From positions 4,390-68,389 of the forward strand of contig CBDBFU010000023.1 of NCBI GenBank assembly GCA_965205025.1: 64,000 bases of DNA, given 5' to 3'. Source of the DNA: Candidatus Poribacteria bacterium. Lineage in GTDB: Bacteria; Poribacteria; WGA-4E; WGA-3G. This document shows positions 63,302-64,000 of the stretch, in pieces (the stretch's first letter is position 1; the number at the start of each line of letters is the position of its first letter). Made by a program: the position numbers and the translations under genes. The notes under the pieces are model-generated. The model did no database searches and had not been told where the DNA came from. It saw nothing but the letters and a program-made list of their open reading frames with translations.

Positions 63302-64000
63302 TTGCATACTCACCATGACCATCATCACCATAATCAGGGTGAAGAACATTCCCATCAATATCATCTTCAAAAAAAGTTCAAGATAGCTATTCTTATTACA
63401 TTCTGTGTGTTTTTAGGTGAACTTATTGGGGGTATTTGGTCGGGTAGTCTTGCTCTATTGAGTGATGCTGCACATGTAATGTCTGATGTAATTTCTTTAT
63501 TATTAAGTTGGTTTGCCATATATCTTTCAACCCGTCCAGCAACTTCATTCCGTACTTACGGTTACCACAGAACAGAAGTATTTGCAGCATTTTTAAATGG
63601 TATCACCCTCATAGGTATTTCTATTTGGATTTTTTATGAAGCATATCATAGATATATTTCCCCCACTGAGATAAAAGTAACAGGAATGTTCATTGTTGCA
63701 TGTATAGGCTTTATAGCCAACCTGATTATTTTATGGCAATTACACGGTGAGAGTCATGGGAACCTAAATGTGCGAAGTGCTGTAATACATGTGGTTGGAG
63801 ACGCACTGTCCTCCGTTGCCATCGTAATCGGTGGTGCAGTAATTCTTTTTTTTGGATGGACACCTATTGACACCATATTAAGCATACTTATTGGAGGGAT
63901 CATACTGATTAGTGCGATAAATGTAACGAAGGAGGCAGTATATATTCTTCTTGAGAATTCTCCGCGTAACGCTGATGCCGATACAGTTGCAGAACACCTA
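63302..64000 (+). CDS. cation diffusion facilitator (CzcD-like) transporter, 5' part (runs off window)
   Basis: Not in the track (no stop in window). In-frame TAG at 63290-63292, then TTG 63302 after AGGAT. His-rich start HTHHDHHHHNQGEEHSH, then LSDAAHVMSDV and HVVGDALSSV, which are CDF signature helices. Confidence 0.7.
   Translation, partial: MHTHHDHHHHNQGEEHSHQYHLQKKFKIAILITFCVFLGELIGGIWSGSLALLSDAAHVMSDVISLLLSWFAIYLSTRPATSFRTYGYHRTEVFAAFLNGITLIGISIWIFYEAYHRYISPTEIKVTGMFIVACIGFIANLIILWQLHGESHGNLNVRSAVIHVVGDALSSVAIVIGGAVILFFGWTPIDTILSILIGGIILISAINVTKEAVYILLENSPRNADADTVAEHL

Overview
64-kb, visibly AT-rich bacterial chromosomal segment (roughly one-third G+C by eye, not computed). I saw no rRNA, tRNA or bona fide CRISPR array. 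There are about 50 credible protein genes, dominated by secreted or periplasmic carbohydrate- and lipid-modifying functions: four PhyH-family dioxygenases, a formylglycine-type sulfatase, a GH88-like hydrolase, a ceramidase-like hydrolase, an amidase, an SMP-30 lactonase, a GlcD-like oxidase and four Gfo/Idh/MocA oxidoreductases (one decayed). Also present are an L-fuconate dehydratase/HpcH aldolase pair, five LamG-type proteins, a 946-aa LRR+WD40 lipoprotein, PD40 propellers, an RND pump, parts of a CUT1 ABC importer, hisA, rfaE-II, comEA, pduO, and a two-component system preceded by an orphan EutN/CcmL gene. This content resembles uncultured marine or host-associated heterotrophs (Poribacteria-, PVC- or FCB-like); that is a low-confidence inference. 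The accessory layer holds one intact 1090-bp IS with a 5-bp target duplication plus its 122-bp MITE, five copies of a nested-palindrome MITE family, and mosaics of covarying hairpin repeats including 51-bp-periodic mini-arrays. It also holds DUF433/PIN-like and HicAB toxin-antitoxin pairs and a methyltransferase with a frameshifted MutH-like nuclease. Best candidates for something undescribed: (1) an overlapping ABC-type ATPase + small PD-(D/E)xK-like nuclease cassette at 54.5-56.5 kb; (2) an EF-Tu paralogue at 58.6-59.7 kb that has lost four of five G motifs; (3) a conserved extreme C-terminal KLxTTWGxIK tag on four unrelated secreted proteins; (4) the structured repeat families. Caveat: at least six frameshifts at short homopolymer or dinucleotide runs split otherwise recognisable genes. 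They may be real decay or assembly errors, and this must be checked at read level.
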